Source of the DNA: Candidatus Poribacteria bacterium
GTDB lineage: Bacteria > Poribacteria > WGA-4E > WGA-3G
NCBI GenBank assembly: GCA_965197475.1
Contig: CBDANF010000003.1
Location: forward strand, 3,712,001 to 3,776,000
DNA: 64,000 bases
Direction of reading: 5' to 3'
Shown: positions 63,027 to 64,000 of the stretch, piece by piece
How positions within the stretch are numbered: the stretch's first letter is position 1
Layout of the letters: every line of letters begins with the position of its first letter
Translations under genes and position numbers: made by a program
The notes under the pieces: generated by a model
What the model was told of the DNA's origin: nothing
The model's input: only the letters and a program-made list of their open reading frames with translations
The model's database searches: none

Positions 63027-64000
63027 ATGGAAAGAGACGATGTTGAACTGATTCAAAGTATATTATCAGGTGACCAAGCTGCTTTCAGTATTTTGGTAAA
63101 AAATACCAAAAAAGTGTTCACGCGCTTGCATGGCGGAAAATTGGCGATTTCCATATCGCTGAAGAAATTACACAAGACACCTTCCTCCATGTGTACAAGA
63201 AACTGACCACACTGAAGAACCCAAAGCAGTTTGCGGGATGGTTGTATGTAATCGCTGATCGACGTTGCATCGCGTGGCTACGAAAGAAGAAACTGGATAT
63301 GCAATTGATGGAAGCCATCAGTGAAGAAACATTGGAGAAGACTGCTTATGCCAGTTATGTAACAAAACAGCGTGAAAAAGCAGCAGTTGAACATCAACGT
63401 AAAATTGTTCAAAGACTTCTGGAAAAACTACCGGAGAGCGAACGTACGGTGATGGTCCTCCACTATCTCGGAGAAATGACCTGCAAGGAGATAAGCAAGT
63501 TTTTAGGTGTGTCCCCGAACACGGTTAAAAGCCGACTTCAACGTGCTCGCAAACGATTAAGAAATGAAGAATCTATAATTCGAGAAACCCTTGGCGGGAT
63601 CCGACTCCCTGCCAACCTAACTGAGAACATCAGGCAGCAGATTGACAAAGTGAAACAGATGTCCCCATCGGGAGCGAAACCGTTTTCACCTCTTGCAGCT
63701 TTAGGCATATCTGCTATTTTGGTAATTTTGCTAATGGGAGCGAGCAATCAAATCATCACTAATTTTCAGCAACCGTATAGTGTTGACGCAGAATCAGAAA
63801 CTACAATTGAAATTGTTGACGCGCCTCTTGTTCTTGATATACAATCAAAACCCGATTTACAAAATCGGGTTGGGCGTGATGCTATTGTTGATAAAAACAG
63901 CGACAAAGGTCTAACAAAAGGAACAAAAAAAGTGGAAAATAACTTGGCACAAGATCCTATGCAATGGCACTTACCTGAAGATGCTAAAGCCCGTTTCGGT
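63027..64000 (+). pseudogene. ECF sigma-TM-WD40 paralog 4, frameshifted in the A-tract 63098-63103; runs off the window
   Basis: MERDDVELIQSILSGDQAAFSILV, then KYQKSVHALAWRKIGDFH in another frame (six A where seven are needed); ends QWHLPEDAKARFG. Confidence 0.8.

Noticed and set aside
1-64000. tRNA, rRNA, riboswitch, prophage or integron
   Set aside because: No cloverleaf, rRNA signature, phage structural gene or integrase recognised by eye; a covariance-model scan would be needed to exclude small RNAs.

Overview
AT-rich bacterial chromosomal segment. Gene content and repeats resemble Candidatus Poribacteria; this is an inference from the membrane-anchored ECF sigma/beta-propeller fusions, WD40 arrays, PhyH and abundant GTAG-type REP palindromes. 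Housekeeping genes: purB, infA (N-terminally extended), cinA-like, trpB, a double-length fused uvrA, and era. Accessory content: PIN toxin-antitoxin genes, an SBP-OmpA/vWA/SBP-OmpA cluster, a Tat-exported DUF4159 protein, a secreted HExxH protein, four ECF sigma-TM-propeller paralogs each with the same TGCAAC-N16/17-GCGTC promoter, and four WD40 genes. Mobile DNA: two IS701-like copies plus a cognate 261-bp MITE, IS3, IS982 and ISAs1 remnants, and REP-carrying MITEs. Most unusual feature: a 2004-bp element (24918-26921) bounded by perfect 13-bp inverted repeats. It encodes only two coupled DUF1670-like multi-HTH paralogs with no recognisable transposase. Its right end carries a near-consensus sigma70 promoter facing a ~125-nt stretch of consecutive hairpins, making it a candidate RNA-associated mobile element. 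No rRNA, tRNA or CRISPR array was seen. All calls are by eye, without database searches.
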